From positions 1 to 42,051 of the forward strand of contig NW_021835197.1 of NCBI RefSeq assembly GCF_006345805.1: DNA of 42,051 bases, given 5' to 3'. The stretch's first letter is position 1; each line of letters starts with the position of its first letter. The notes below the pieces were generated by a model that did no database searches, had not been told where the DNA came from, and saw only the letters and a program-made list of their open reading frames with translations. Shown here piece by piece: positions 12,447 to 24,224 of this stretch. A program made the translations under genes and the position numbers. The stretch is from Octopus sinensis (Eukaryota).

Positions 12447-12551
12447 TCGAAAGTTTTGGCTAGCTCAGCCATCATTAGTGATAGCTTTGCTGGTTGAAAC
12501 TTTGAAGTCACTATCAACACTACTCTCATTAAAGAATCATAAATATATATT
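12447..12551 (-). CDS. Candidate 105-bp internal coding exon, product unknown
   Basis: Acceptor CTTCTTCGTACTTTTGCTAG, donor GA|GTAAGC, open symmetric frame IYIYDSLMRVVLIVTSKFQPAKLSLMMAELAKTF; no family recognised. Confidence 0.35.
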
Positions 12552-12737
12552 CTAGCAAAAGTACGAAGAAGTCCTTCAGTTGTGTGTTGCCAATTAAACA
12601 TTCATTATAGCGTATGTGTTTAATTGGCAAAAATATGGCCACCCCCATGTATAAGAACAATAAATTTATACTCTACTAAATGTTTTGAGTAATCCTTCAA
12701 TGTAATATAAAATAGTTTTTGTTATAACAAAAAAAAA

Positions 12738-13048
12738 GGAGGTGAGCTGGCAGAACCATTAGCACACTGGGTGAAATGCTTAGCAGTATTTCACCCGTCG
12801 CTATGTTCTCAGTTCAAATTCTGCTTACAGCAACTTTGCCTTTTATCCTTTTGGGGTCAATAAATTATTTACCAGCTGCATACTGGAGCTGATTAAATCA
12901 ATTGGCCCCCTCCCCCAAAATTTCGGGCCTTGTGCCTAGAGTAGGAAAGGATAAATTAAGTACTGGTAAAACACTGGAGTCAATGTACCCTTTCAACTAG
13001 TACTGTTTCCCAAATTTCAGGCCTTGTACCTGTATTAGAAAGGATTAT
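12738..13048 (+). mobile_element. SINE family B with duplicated 3' part
   Basis: Family core plus two GGCCTTGT(G/A)CCT...GAAAGGAT tails. Confidence 0.8.
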
Positions 13049-13137
13049 AATATTAAAGCAAACAACCTACAAATATATATATATATATATACAACATAGA
13101 GATGTAGAGAAGGGGGCCCCTTCTTTATATATATATA

Positions 13138-13530
13138 GGCGCAGGAGTGGCTGTGTGGTAAGTAGCTTGCTAACCAACCACATGGTTCCAGGTTCAGTCC
13201 CACTGCATAGCATCTTGGGCAAGTGTCTTCTACTATAGCCTCAGGCCAACCAAAGCCTTGTGAGTGGATTTGGCAGACGGAAACTGAAAGAAGCCTGTCG
13301 TATATATGTATGTGTGTGTATATGTTTGTTTGTCTGTTTGTCCCTCTAGCATTGCTTGACAACCGATGCTGGTGTGTTTACGTCCCCGTCACTTAGCGGT
13401 TCGGCAAAAGAGACCTGATAGAATACGTACTGGGCTTACAAAGAATAGGTCCCGAGGTCGATTTGCTCAACTAAAGGCAGTGCTCCAGCATGGCCGTAGT
13501 CAAATGACTGAAACAAGTAAAAGAGTAAAA
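13138..13530 (+). mobile_element. SINE family A, full length
   Basis: Head GGCGCAGGAGTGGCTGTGTGG, B-box-like GGTTCAGTCCC, CORE-like CTTGGGCAAGTGTCTT, tail AAGTAAAAGAGTAAAA. Confidence 0.92.
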
Positions 13531-13558
13531 AATATATAGATATATATATATACATATG

Positions 13559-13765
13559 TGACCGCGTGCGTACCGTTGGAGATTTTTTTTCCTCTGTCTT
13601 CCCTTCTTTGGATCTTTCCTTTTCCTATGTTTCTGACGAAGAGCTCCGCTCGAAACGTTAAACCCTCTTTCTTTCCTTCTTTCCTGAGCATCCAATAATA
13701 CTATACTTGTTCCACGTCCTCGCGTTGTTGTGTTTTCTCTTTGTGTTTTCATGTTTCGATTAACT
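13559..13765 (+). mobile_element. ~205-bp hammerhead-motif element, copy 2
   Basis: Homologous to 8408-8614; has the canonical CTGACGA core. Confidence 0.85.
13629..13663 (+). ncRNA. Putative minimal hammerhead ribozyme motif
   Basis: GTTT-CTGACGA-A-GAGC-TCC-GCTC-GAA-ACGT-T-AAAC: stem I, CUGANGA core, stem II, GAAA, palindromic stem III. Confidence 0.55.
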
Positions 13766-14148
13766 ATATATATATATATATATATACACATACATATACA
13801 CAATTTGCTACTATTAGCCCAGCCAGTGACAGCTTAGAAAGGTGTTTGAATATGAACAAAGAAACATGACTTCTCTTTCTTTTACTCTTTTAATATATAT
13901 ATATATATATATATCATTAATTAAATATATTCTGTAAGAATATTATATACTGAATTTAAAATGAGTGTTCTTTGAATAAAAGTGTCAAAAATATTAATAC
14001 AATGAAGTATTTAGACATTTAATATGACCTATTATATATATTATATTTCTAAATAATAGCATGAAAATTAATATCAAAAAATTTTTCATGAAGATATATA
14101 TGTTTAAAATTATATTGTATTAAAAATATATGTAAATATGTGAATTGT

Positions 14149-14198
14149 GACAGTTTAAAAGTTTGGTAATTAATGCATTAATTACCATTTAAACTGTC
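14149..14198. repeat. 50-bp palindrome with a perfect 24-bp centre
   Basis: GACAGTTTAAA-agtt-TGGTAATTAATGCATTAATTACCA-TTTAAACTGTC. Confidence 0.9.
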
Positions 14199-14297
14199 CC
14201 ATTTCATATATTTACATATATATATTTACACACACACACACACACACACATACACACACACATACACACCACACATATATATATATGTGTGTGTGTA

Positions 14298-14733
14298 GGT
14301 GAAGGAGTGGCTGTGTAGTAAGAAGCTTGCTTCACAACCACATGGTTCCGGGTTCAGTCCCACTGCATGGCACCTTGGGCAAGTATCTTCTACTATAGCC
14401 TTGGGCAGACCAAAGCATTGTGATTGGATTTGGGGTAGATGGAAACTGAAAGAAGCCCGTCGTATATATATATATATAATTATATATATATATATTATAT
14501 AGATATATATAAATGTGTGTGTGTGTGTTTATGCGTGTGTGTGTTTGTCCCCCCTACCATTACTTGACAACCAATTTGGTGTGTTTACAGTTCCCCGTAA
14601 CTTATCGTTCAGCAAAGGGACTGATTGAATAAGTACTAGACTTCCAAAAATAAGTCCTGCATTGATTTGTTCGCTAAAGGGGGTGCTCCAGCATGGCCAC
14701 AGTCAAATGACAAAACCATTAAAAGAATAAGAA
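14298..14733 (+). mobile_element. SINE family A
   Basis: Head, internal microsatellite and tail as in the other copies. Confidence 0.9.
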
Positions 14734-14756
14734 TATATAGATATATATATATATTA

Positions 14757-14884
14757 TCACCGTGGATCCCCGTGACCGACCAGGCTATCAGATGTGTGCT
14801 ACACATCGCTGGTCACAATGCGTTTCGCATTGTTTTAGCCTTTAAATGACGCCACCCACCCCGCTGGCTAAGTGAGCAGGCCAA
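14757..14884 (-). mobile_element. SINE family D, 3' half
   Basis: CCGTGACCGACCAGGCTATCAGATG...GGCTAAGTGAGCAGGCCAA. Confidence 0.85.
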
Positions 14885-14904
14885 TATATATATATATGTA
14901 TAAT

Positions 14905-14947
<43 letters not shown>

Positions 14948-15240
14948 ACACACATACATACACACATATAAATAGGGAGAGAGAGAAAATTGGCAGAATG
15001 ACTGATAGTGAGACAAAGAGATAAACAGCCATAATTACCCTGGAAAATCAAAAACTAAAGGTTTGATAAAGGAGTTACCTATTAGGAGTGTTAAAGCAAA
15101 AAGTGTCACTGCACACATCCCTACATAAAGATTATTATTATTATTCTAAGAAGGATTTTGCCCCCAGGTGGGACAAATTGGAAACAGAAATGCATATAGC
15201 AAGTGAACTGAAAGGGGACAAAAAGATACAAAAGCGCTCA

Positions 15241-15402
15241 GCTGTAGGAGTGGCTGTGTGGTAAGTAGCCTGCTTACCAACCACATGGTTCCAGGTTCAG
15301 TCCCACTGTGTGGCACCTTGGGCAAGTGTCTTCTACTATAGCCTCGGGCGCACCAAAGCCTTGTGAGTGGATTTGGTAGACGGAAACTGAAAGAAGCCTG
15401 TC

Positions 15403-15443
<41 letters not shown>

Positions 15444-15662
15444 GTGTGTGTGTGTCTGTGTTTGTCCCCCCAGCATCGCTTGACAACCGATGCTGGTGTG
15501 TTTACATCCCCGTAACTTAGCGGTTTGGCAAAAGAGACCGATAGAATAAATCCTAGGCTTACAAAGAATAAGTCCTGGGGTCGATTTGCCCGACTATAAA
15601 GGCGGTGCTCCAGCATGGCCGCACTCAAAATGACTGAAACAAATAAAACGAGTAAAAGAGAG
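15241..15662 (+). mobile_element. SINE family A, full length
   Basis: Same architecture as 13138-13530. Confidence 0.92.
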
Positions 15663-16109
15663 AATAGCAAAAATAGTAGAACAACAGTATCAATAACAAC
15701 AACAACAACAACAACAACAATTACAGCAGCACCTGTAACAGCAACAACAACAACATGAATAATGGTAACAACAACTGCATGAACAACAATGGCAACAATT
15801 TGTGGCAACAACAACAACAACAACAACAATAGCAGCAAGAAAACCATTAACAGCAATTTTATGTCCATCTTCACCTCCCTCCATTTACCAAATAAACGAG
15901 CGTTTAAGCAAGACTCACTAATTATTATGTAGTATCTTAATTTAGTGGTTGTTGTTGTTGTTGTTGTTGTTTCTCTAATGATGTTGTTAAAGCTATTTCT
16001 GCTGTTATTGAAGAATTTGGTTTTCTTATGGAACAACTTTTTACAATGATAATGTGTGATTCTGTCTCCACCAGATCCATTGGCTTACTCTGTTTATCAT
16101 TCATGTGTT

Positions 16110-16435
16110 CACTTGTTCACCACTTTATCTGTTCACCTGATCATCCGTTCACCTATTCAGTTCGTTCATCCACCCACCCACCCACTCGTTCATCGACTTA
16201 CCTCTTTGTCTGCTTACTTGTTCATCACTTTATCTGTTCACCTGATCATCTGTTCACCTACTCAGTTGTTCATCCACCCACCCACTCGTTCATCGACTTA
16301 CCTCTTTGTCTGCTTACTTGTTCATCACTTTATCTGTTCACCTGATCATCTGTTCACCTACTCAGTTGTTCATCCACCCACCCACTCGTTCATCGACTTA
16401 CCTCTTTGTCTGCTTACTTGTTCATTTCTTCAATC
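16110..16435. repeat. 100-bp unit minisatellite, ~3 copies
   Basis: CATCGACTTACCTCTTTGTC recurs at 16191, 16291 and 16391. Confidence 0.92.
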
Positions 16436-17869
16436 TGTTCACCTATTCAGCTGTTCATCCGTTCATCTGTTCACATGTTCCCGTTCATCTCAATCAACAT
16501 CTGTTCACCACTGCGTTTGGAGTCAGATTCTTCCTTCTGCTACTCTGAAAATCGCACCACAATAATGCACTGCTATGCACTGCCATGCATTTCCACGTAG
16601 AACATGCAAAGAAGCTGCATTGTTGCTGTTTACAGACACAATTGGAAGCTGCTGCTGCTGCTTCTGCTGCTGCTGTTGCCGTTGTTACTACCTGTGTCTT
16701 TGGGAAGGTTTTCTCTCACCTGACTGCTCGATATTGTAATCTTTGACTGAAACTACATCAATTGATCTGAGCGATTGATTTAATTCCCGCTACATTTAAT
16801 GGGTGCATACGTCACAATAGGGGAGACGCCCTTTCCAAGAACTTCTCCTTTTCTGGCTCTGCCGCTGTGGATTTAAGTTTTGCCTATATGGATATACACA
16901 CTAAGCATGGGAAACAAATATTTTACAAGGGTTTACTCCCTCCACCAACTGGGGCCGATCTGAGCTCCCTTGTTTTAGAAGTGCTGAGTTTAAATCACAG
17001 CTACGTTTCTGAAAGGAGAAGTTTTCTTCCCTTGTCTTCTTGTCTTCTCTTCGTTGTTCTGGCATTTCAACAATTCTCACCCTATCCCTAATAATTATTG
17101 AATGCTAAAATATTATTTAATTAATCCTCTTAATCAATATTTATCTGTGGTTAAGAGAAAAACCATTATTGGCAATACTTTCAAGGTTGTATGCAACTAC
17201 TTTTCATGTATTTGATGTGGCACTGTTAAGAAAATTTCTCAACATATGCTGGAGAAAGCAACAAGCATTACCTCAAAGAAAGCATTTGGAAAAGTATTTC
17301 TTTGGATTATGAAAAAATAGGGGTCAACTATCTACCCCTTCAACAAGCTTTTATATCTGCATTACAAGGATTCTTATTGAGTACCTCAAGATAAAATCTC
17401 ACAAACCCCGTTGTTTATTAAGGGTTTTCTTCAGACAAACAAATGATCCCTCTGTACTTGTGTTCCCTGTGAAACTTTCAAAGACCCACATTGTATAGGA
17501 GCAGCTATTAGGGAGCAGAAAGGGATCTTTGTGGCTCTGATGGCAAACTAATATAGTCTTATACAAAAAAAAAAAATACAGTCACACAATCACACATATA
17601 CATATACATACATACATACATACACATATATATATATATATACACACACATACATATGTATGTGTATATAAAAAGCTACACAAACATGGATATTCCAGTT
17701 GCTAAAGCATATGGTTCTTATATTAATTCATCATTCATTACAAGGAAGTTTTCATGAAAAGGAAGTTTTTGTGAAAACAAAAAAAAAAAAATACAAAACA
17801 CATACAAACTTGCTAAAATTGTCATCTCTTCTCATCACATTGTGTTAGAAAAAATGATGCTGTCCCCAG

Positions 17870-17989
17870 ACCAACACTTGTGTCTGCTACACTGAGAATG
17901 TTAAATATTGGCTCAATGTTGGCGCCATGATAGATTCCAAAGATGGCTACAGAAACTTTATTCACATCAAAGATGTTTTTGCTGGTGAC
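17870..17989 (+). CDS. Candidate 120-bp phase 0/0 coding exon, product unknown
   Basis: GCTGTCCCCAG acceptor, consensus GAC|GTAAGT donor, frame TNTCVCYTENVKYWLNVGAMIDSKDGYRNFIHIKDVFAGD. Confidence 0.4.
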
Positions 17990-18180
17990 GTAAGTTTGGT
18001 TAATCATCTTCCCTCTCTCTCTTTTTCTCTCTCTCTCTCTGTCTCTCTGATACACACTCACACTCTCTCTCTCTCTCTCTCTTTCTCTTTCTCTCTCTGG
18101 CTCCAACATTTCTGTAACACCTATAACATCATTTACTTAATTTTGTTTTTCAAGTCTGATACTTATTCTAGTGATCTGTT

Positions 18181-18516
18181 TTGCTAAACCGATAATTAAT
18201 AGGGATGTAAACAAACCAACATAGGTTGTCATGCATTGGTGGGGTACAAGCACATACACAAAGACACACAACACACACACACACACATACAACACACACA
18301 CACACACACAACACATACACACATATGTGTGTGCGTGTGTGTGTGCGTGTATACAATGGGTTTCTTTTAGTTTCCATCTACTAAATCCACTCACAAAGCT
18401 TTGGTCAGCTCAGGGCTATAGTTGGAGCCATTTGCCCTAGATACCATGCAGTGGGACTGAACCCAGAACCATATGAGTGGGAACCAAAATTCTTACCACA
18501 CAGCCACATCTGCACC
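18181..18516 (-). mobile_element. SINE family A, diverged
   Basis: Reverse complement of head, core and internal (TG)n. Confidence 0.8.
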
Positions 18517-18970
18517 AGTTTTTGAAGGGCTTATTTTCTTCCCTTTATTTATCCCTCTAAATATTTTTTACCATATTCTCTTGGTGATTCTTTTTATTTA
18601 GTGTTGTTGTTGTTGTTATTGTTTGTTGCTATTTAACCCTTGGTTAGCCCTGACTTAGCAGACATGTGACCAAAGCTTTTCCAATCATGACCGCTTCGTA
18701 TTTTGCGCAGGCATAGTGTATCTGTGATTACATTATATGATATATCTTTACTTTTACAAAACATATGATTTTGCTGCTATTTCTAGCAGGCCAATCGACT
18801 TCATACAGGCTTCTTCATTCGTCTGTTATTGTTGTTGTTGTTGATATCTTTCCACTCCCTCATATGACAATAAATGAGCAGATGTTTTTGGGTACCAGCT
18901 TGATACCCTGCTGAATTTCAAACTTGCAAGAGTATTTTGGGGGTTTACCTTTCCATGGTATCTTTTAAGC

Positions 18971-19492
18971 TAGTGGTCCTCAACCAGGATCCACATGCCC
19001 CTTGGATGCTCATACAAGATTTTGTTGTTAAAATTTATGTACAATAAATTGCTTATATTTCTACAATAAGCAAAATATTTTAACAATTTGTTTAAATACA
19101 CTGCTTTATAGTATTCAATGACAAAAAATAAGGTGGCGAACTGGCAGAACTGTTAGCACACTCGCCAATATGCTCAGTGGTATTTCATCCAAGTTCAAAT
19201 TCCACCAAGGTCAACTTTGTCTTTCATCCTTTCAGGTTCGATAAAATAAGTACCAGTTGAGTTCTGGGGCTGGCGTAACTGACTTAGCCCCCTCCCCAAA
19301 ATTTTTGGCCTCATGCCAAAAATTGGGAACCAATATTTAATTATAAAAATATCTTTTATTTTTTACTTGCTTCAGTCATTAGACTGCGGCCGTGCTGAGA
19401 GGATTTTTTAACCAGTGAATGGTTATCGGGATCCACATGAATAAAATAGGAATCAAAGGGACCCATAGGTAAAAAGTGGTTGAGAAACACTG
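18971..19492. mobile_element. Old hAT-like MITE with nested family B SINE (19131-19331) and a family A tail
   Basis: Termini TAGTGGTCCTCAACC...GGTTGAGAAACACTG; TSD not recognisable. Confidence 0.55.
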
Positions 19493-19583
19493 ATTTGAAT
19501 GGTTTTGTAATGAAATAACCTTTTGTAGCAGAACCCACAGACATTTCACAATTTATAAATGGTCTTCTATTTTGATGCATTAA

Positions 19584-20530
19584 CCCTTTAGTTATTGCAT
19601 TTATTTTGAGATGCTCTGTATTTTTTTCAATTAATTTTGAATATAAGAAAGGGTTTAGTAAAATAACTTAGTTATTATTAAGCTGGTGTTAGGAACATAA
19701 ATTGTGATTAAGGGTTGGTGGAAGATTTTAATTCAAAACTTATGAAAACAAAACATTTGTACTCAGAGCCAGAAGTGGTTTCAGCTGGGTTGATTTTAAA
19801 AGGGTTAAGAATTGTTTCCCTATTATATAGTTTAACCCCTCCATTACCGTATTTATTTTGAGATGTTCTGTGTTTCTTTCAATTAATTTTAAATATAAGA
19901 AAGAGTTTAGTAAAATTACTTAGTTATTATTAAGCTGGTGTTAGGAACATAAATTGTGACTAAGGTTTGGTGGAAGATTTTAATCCAAAAACTTATGTAG
20001 ACAAGACATTTGTACAACAGAGCAAGAAGTGGTTTCAGCTGGGTTGATATCAAAAGGGTTAAGTTCCAGACTTAAAAATACTGGGCTCAATTCGTTTGAC
20101 TAAAAGCCTTTCAAGGTTGTGCTCCAGCATGGCCGTCGTCTAATGACTGAAGCGAAAAAAAGAAGACAAACAAGAACATAATCAAGTAATCTTATGAATA
20201 TTTATAGATTAACCCTTTCAATACCAGCCTGGCTAAAACCTCCTCTGGCTCGGTAGTATAAATGTCTTGATTCCACACAGAACATCTCAAAGTAAATATG
20301 GTAACGAATGGGTTAAATATATATAATAGAGAAGCAATTCTTAACCCTTTTGATATCAACACAGCTGAAACCACTTCTGGCTCTGTTGTCTACTAAGTTT
20401 TGAATTAAAATCTTCCACCAAACCTTAATCACAATTTATGTTCCTAACACTAGCTTTATGATAACTAAGTTATTTTACTAAACTCTTTCTTATATTTAAA
20501 ATTAATTGAAAGAAATACAGAACATCTCAA
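19584..20530. mobile_element. Cluster of four piggyBac-like MITEs
   Basis: TTAA|CCC...GGG|TTAA at 19584-19804, 19836-20058 and 20213-20312 (deleted, inverted); inverted truncated copy at 20345-20530. Confidence 0.85.
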
Positions 20531-21074
20531 TATATATATATATATACCTTAAGGAACAGATCATTATTTTTACACACACCTTGTAGCCTACTGGGAGAGA
20601 TGTGATTGTGACTTCAACTTTTGGGCTCGGTGCTTCTTTAGCACTTTATTTCACATTGCCTCAGTCCACTCAGCTGTAAATGAGTCGCTTTGTAACGGAC
20701 TGGCACAACACCCAAGGGAATGCCATGATGTTGGTCATTTATATGCTGAGGAAACTGGGCAGCCGGTTCTACTTCTTATGACTCAAAACAGTAATGTCCA
20801 CTATCCATACGTGAGTGTATGTGTATATACACATGTATGTGTGTATGCATATATATTTGGGATTGCCATGATAACGTTCTGTTTTCGGATACTTTCGGAT
20901 ATATTAATTTGACTGATATTTTATGCTTTTTGTTCTGTATCTAAATATGTTGGCACAACAGAAATTATCATTGGTAATGCATGATGTAGTCACCAATGAA
21001 TGCTGTGATTTACTCCATATTTATATTTGTAATATGATATATATATATATATGTGTGTGTATATATAATATATA

Positions 21075-21255
21075 TCATCATCATCATCATCATTCATCAT
21101 CGTTTAACGTCCGCTTTCCATGCTAGCATGGGTTGGACGGTTCAACTGGGGTCTGGGAAGCCGAGAGGCTGCACCAGGCCAGTCAGATGTGGCAGTGTTT
21201 CTACAGCTGGATGCCCTTCCTAACGCCAACCACTCCGAGAGTGTAGTGGGTGATT
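21075..21255 (-). mobile_element. Family E retroposon 3' part
   Basis: (CAT)n + GTTTAACGTCCGCTTTCCATGCTAGCATGGGTTGGACGG; near-identical to 41641 onward. Confidence 0.9.
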
Positions 21256-22000
21256 TTATGTGCCACCGACACAGGTTAGACGAGGCTGGCAGACGGCCAC
21301 GCTCGGATGGTGTTTTTTATGTGCCACCGACACAGGTGCCAGACGAGGCTGGCGAACGGCCACGCTCGGATGGTGTTTTTTATGTGCCACCGACACAGGT
21401 GCTAGACGAGGCTGGCAGACGGCCACGCTCGGATGGTGTTTTTTATGTGCCACCGACACAGGTGCCAGACGAGGCTGGCAGACGGCCACGCTCGGATGGT
21501 GTTTTTTATGTGCCACCGACACAGGTGCCAGACGAGGCTGGCAGACGGCCACGCTCGGATGGTGTTTTTTATGTGCCACCGACACAGGTGCCAGACGAGG
21601 CTGGCAGACGGCGGCCACGCTCGGATGGTGTTTTTTATGTGCCACCGACACAGGTGCTAGACGAGGCTGGCAGACGGCCACGCTCGGATGGTGTTTTTTA
21701 TGTGCCACAGACACAGGTGCCAGACGAGGCTGGCAGACGGCCACGCTCGGATGGTGTTTTTTATGTGCCACCGACACAGGTGCCAGACGAGGCTGGCAGA
21801 CGGCCACGCTCGGATGGTGTTTTTTATGTGCCACCGACACAGGTGCCAGACGAGGCTGGCAGACGGCCACGCTCGGATGGTGTTTTTTATGTGCAACCGA
21901 CACAGGTGCCAGACGAGGCTGGCAGACGGCCACGCTCGGATGGTGTTTTTTATGTGCCACCGACACAGGTGCCAGACGAGGCTGGCAGACGGCCACGCTC
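21255..22000. repeat. 63-bp minisatellite, 12 near-identical units
   Basis: CACGCTC recurs every 63 bp (one 66-bp unit); GCTC positions run from 21301 to 21997. Confidence 0.98.
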
Positions 22001-22004
22001 GATA

Positions 22005-22055
<51 letters not shown>

Positions 22056-22159
22056 ATGAATGTATATAAAATAAGTGTATATTTAAACACAAGAGAGGCG
22101 ACCCTTAACTGGCAGCCTTACATGCTACAAGTAGCAGTCAAAATATATGTATGTATGTG

Positions 22160-22231
<72 letters not shown>

Positions 22232-22234
<3 letters not shown>

Positions 22235-22439
22235 TAATCCAAACATGAAAACACAAAGAGAAAACTCAACAACGCGAGGACGTGGAACAAATAAAGTATT
22301 ATTGGATGCTCAGGAAAGAAGGGAAGAAGGAGGGTTTAACGTTTCGAGCGGAGCTCTTCGTCGGAAACATAGGAGAAGGAAAGATCCAGAGAAGGGAAGA
22401 CAGAGGAGAAAAAAATCGCCAACGGTACACATGCGGTCA
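22232..22439 (-). mobile_element. ~205-bp hammerhead-motif element, copy 3
   Basis: Reverse complement of the 8408 family; motif at 22334-22368. Confidence 0.85.
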
Positions 22440-22512
22440 CAACATATATATATATGTGTGTGTGTGTGTATGTATTTATATATATATATATTATATATAT
22501 ATTATATATATA

Positions 22513-22564
<52 letters not shown>

Positions 22565-22565
22565 A

Positions 22566-22930
22566 GCGCAGGCGTAGCTGTGTGGTAGAAGCTTACTTAC
22601 TTCCCAGTCACATGATTCTGGGTTCAGTCCCACTGCGTGGCACCTTCGACAAGTGTCTCCTTCTATAGCCTCAGGCCGACAAAAGCATTGTGAGTGGATT
22701 TCATAGACAGAAACTGAAAGAAGCCTGTCGTAAATATATTTATGTGTCTGTTACTGACCCCACCACCATTGCTTCACAACCGATGTCGGTGTATTTATGT
22801 CCCCCGTAACTTAGCAGTTTGGCCAAAGAGACTGATAGAATAAGTACAAGGCTTACAAAGAATAAATCCTGGAGTTGTTTTAAGGTGGTGCTCCAGCATA
22901 GCCACAGTCAAATGACTGAAACATGTAAAA
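22566..22930 (+). mobile_element. SINE family A
   Basis: Head, core and tail. Confidence 0.88.
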
Positions 22931-23315
22931 CAATACATAATTATACACCCACACACATACACACAGAATACGTAAAAAATATTATGAATATCATATCAAA
23001 ATATAAAATGAACAACAAATCTCTACCAAAATTTATGAAATTAGAAATCTCCCCATCAATAATTCATTAGTGAGGGTCATTTGTGGAAGTTTGTGCACAA
23101 ATAATGTATTTTTGTTATATACATTGACTCAACCAGGTGGAAATTGGTGTCTTCATTGAACTTTGGCATTCATGATATTTACTGATAAAAGTTAATATTT
23201 GAAGATTTCCCGTATAAACAGATTGGAATGAAATATTTAAACATTAAAATTTAGTTCTAAAATATTTGTTAATAATTAATACACACAGCAATATGGCAGA
23301 ATTGTTAACATACTA

Positions 23316-23487
23316 GGTGCAGGAGTGGCTGTGTGTTAAGTAGCTAGCTTACCAACCATATGGTTCTGGGTTCAGTCCCACTGTATGGCATCTTGGGCAA
23401 GTGTCTTCTACTATAGCCTCAGGCCGACCAAAGCCTTTTGAGTGGATTTGGTAGACGGAAACTGAAAGAAACCCGTCGTATATATGC

Positions 23488-23519
<32 letters not shown>

Positions 23520-23770
23520 ATTATATATATATGTATGTCTCTGTGTATGTGTATGTGTTTGTGTGTCTGTGTTTGTCCCCCCCCCCATCGCTTGACAACC
23601 GATGCTGGTGGTTTTATGTCTCCGTAACTTAGCGGTTCGGTGAAAAGAGATCGCTGGAATAAGTACTAGGCTTACAAAAAATAAGTTCTGCGGTCGATTT
23701 GCTCAACTAAATGTGGTGCTCCAGCATGGGCACAGTCAAATGACTGAAACAAGTAAGAGAGTAAAAGAGT
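23316..23770 (+). mobile_element. SINE family A, full length
   Basis: Head, core, internal microsatellite and tail. Confidence 0.92.
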
Positions 23771-23774
23771 ATAC

Positions 23775-24175
23775 TAGACAAGACACTCAGCAGCATTCCA
23801 TCCAGCTTTTTGTTTTGAGTTCAATTCCCACCAAGGTCACAACTTTCCCTTTCGTCTTTTCAGGGTCGATAAAATAAAGTACTGGAGTCGACATAACTGA
23901 TTAGCCCCCTCCCCACAAAATATCAGGTCATGTGACTATACTAGAAAGAATAATTAATCCTTTCTGTTTTAGTCACGAGGTCTGAAATTTGGCAGGGGCG
24001 AGGATAGTCGATTACTTGGATCCCAGCACGCAACTGGTATTTAATTTATCGACCTTGAAAGGATAAATGGTAAAGTTGACCTTGGTGGAATTTGAACCCA
24101 GAACATAGTAATGAACGAAATACTGCTAAGTATTTCGTCCAGCATGCTACTGATTCTGCCAGCTTGCCACCCTAA
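23775..24175. mobile_element. Two family B SINEs tail-to-tail
   Basis: Plus copy ~23775-23948, minus copy ~23955-24175. Confidence 0.8.
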
Positions 24176-24224
24176 CAGAAAGACTAATTCTATTCTACTC
24201 TAGGCACAAGACCTGAAATACCAC

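Noticed and set aside
12587-12630. 14-bp stem hairpin as a pre-miRNA
   Set aside because: Stem too short and does not extend into the flanks.
13138-13215. tRNA genes at SINE heads
   Set aside because: A/B-box-like motifs only; no complete cloverleaf, and each continues into a SINE body.
21255-22000. CRISPR-like array
   Set aside because: Units are contiguous with no unique spacers, in an animal genome context.
21120-22577. 485-aa plus-strand ORF and the 278/269-aa overlapping ORFs as a real repeat protein
   Set aside because: Starts inside a retroposon tail, stays open because the 63-bp unit lacks stops, then runs through microsatellites and another repeat.
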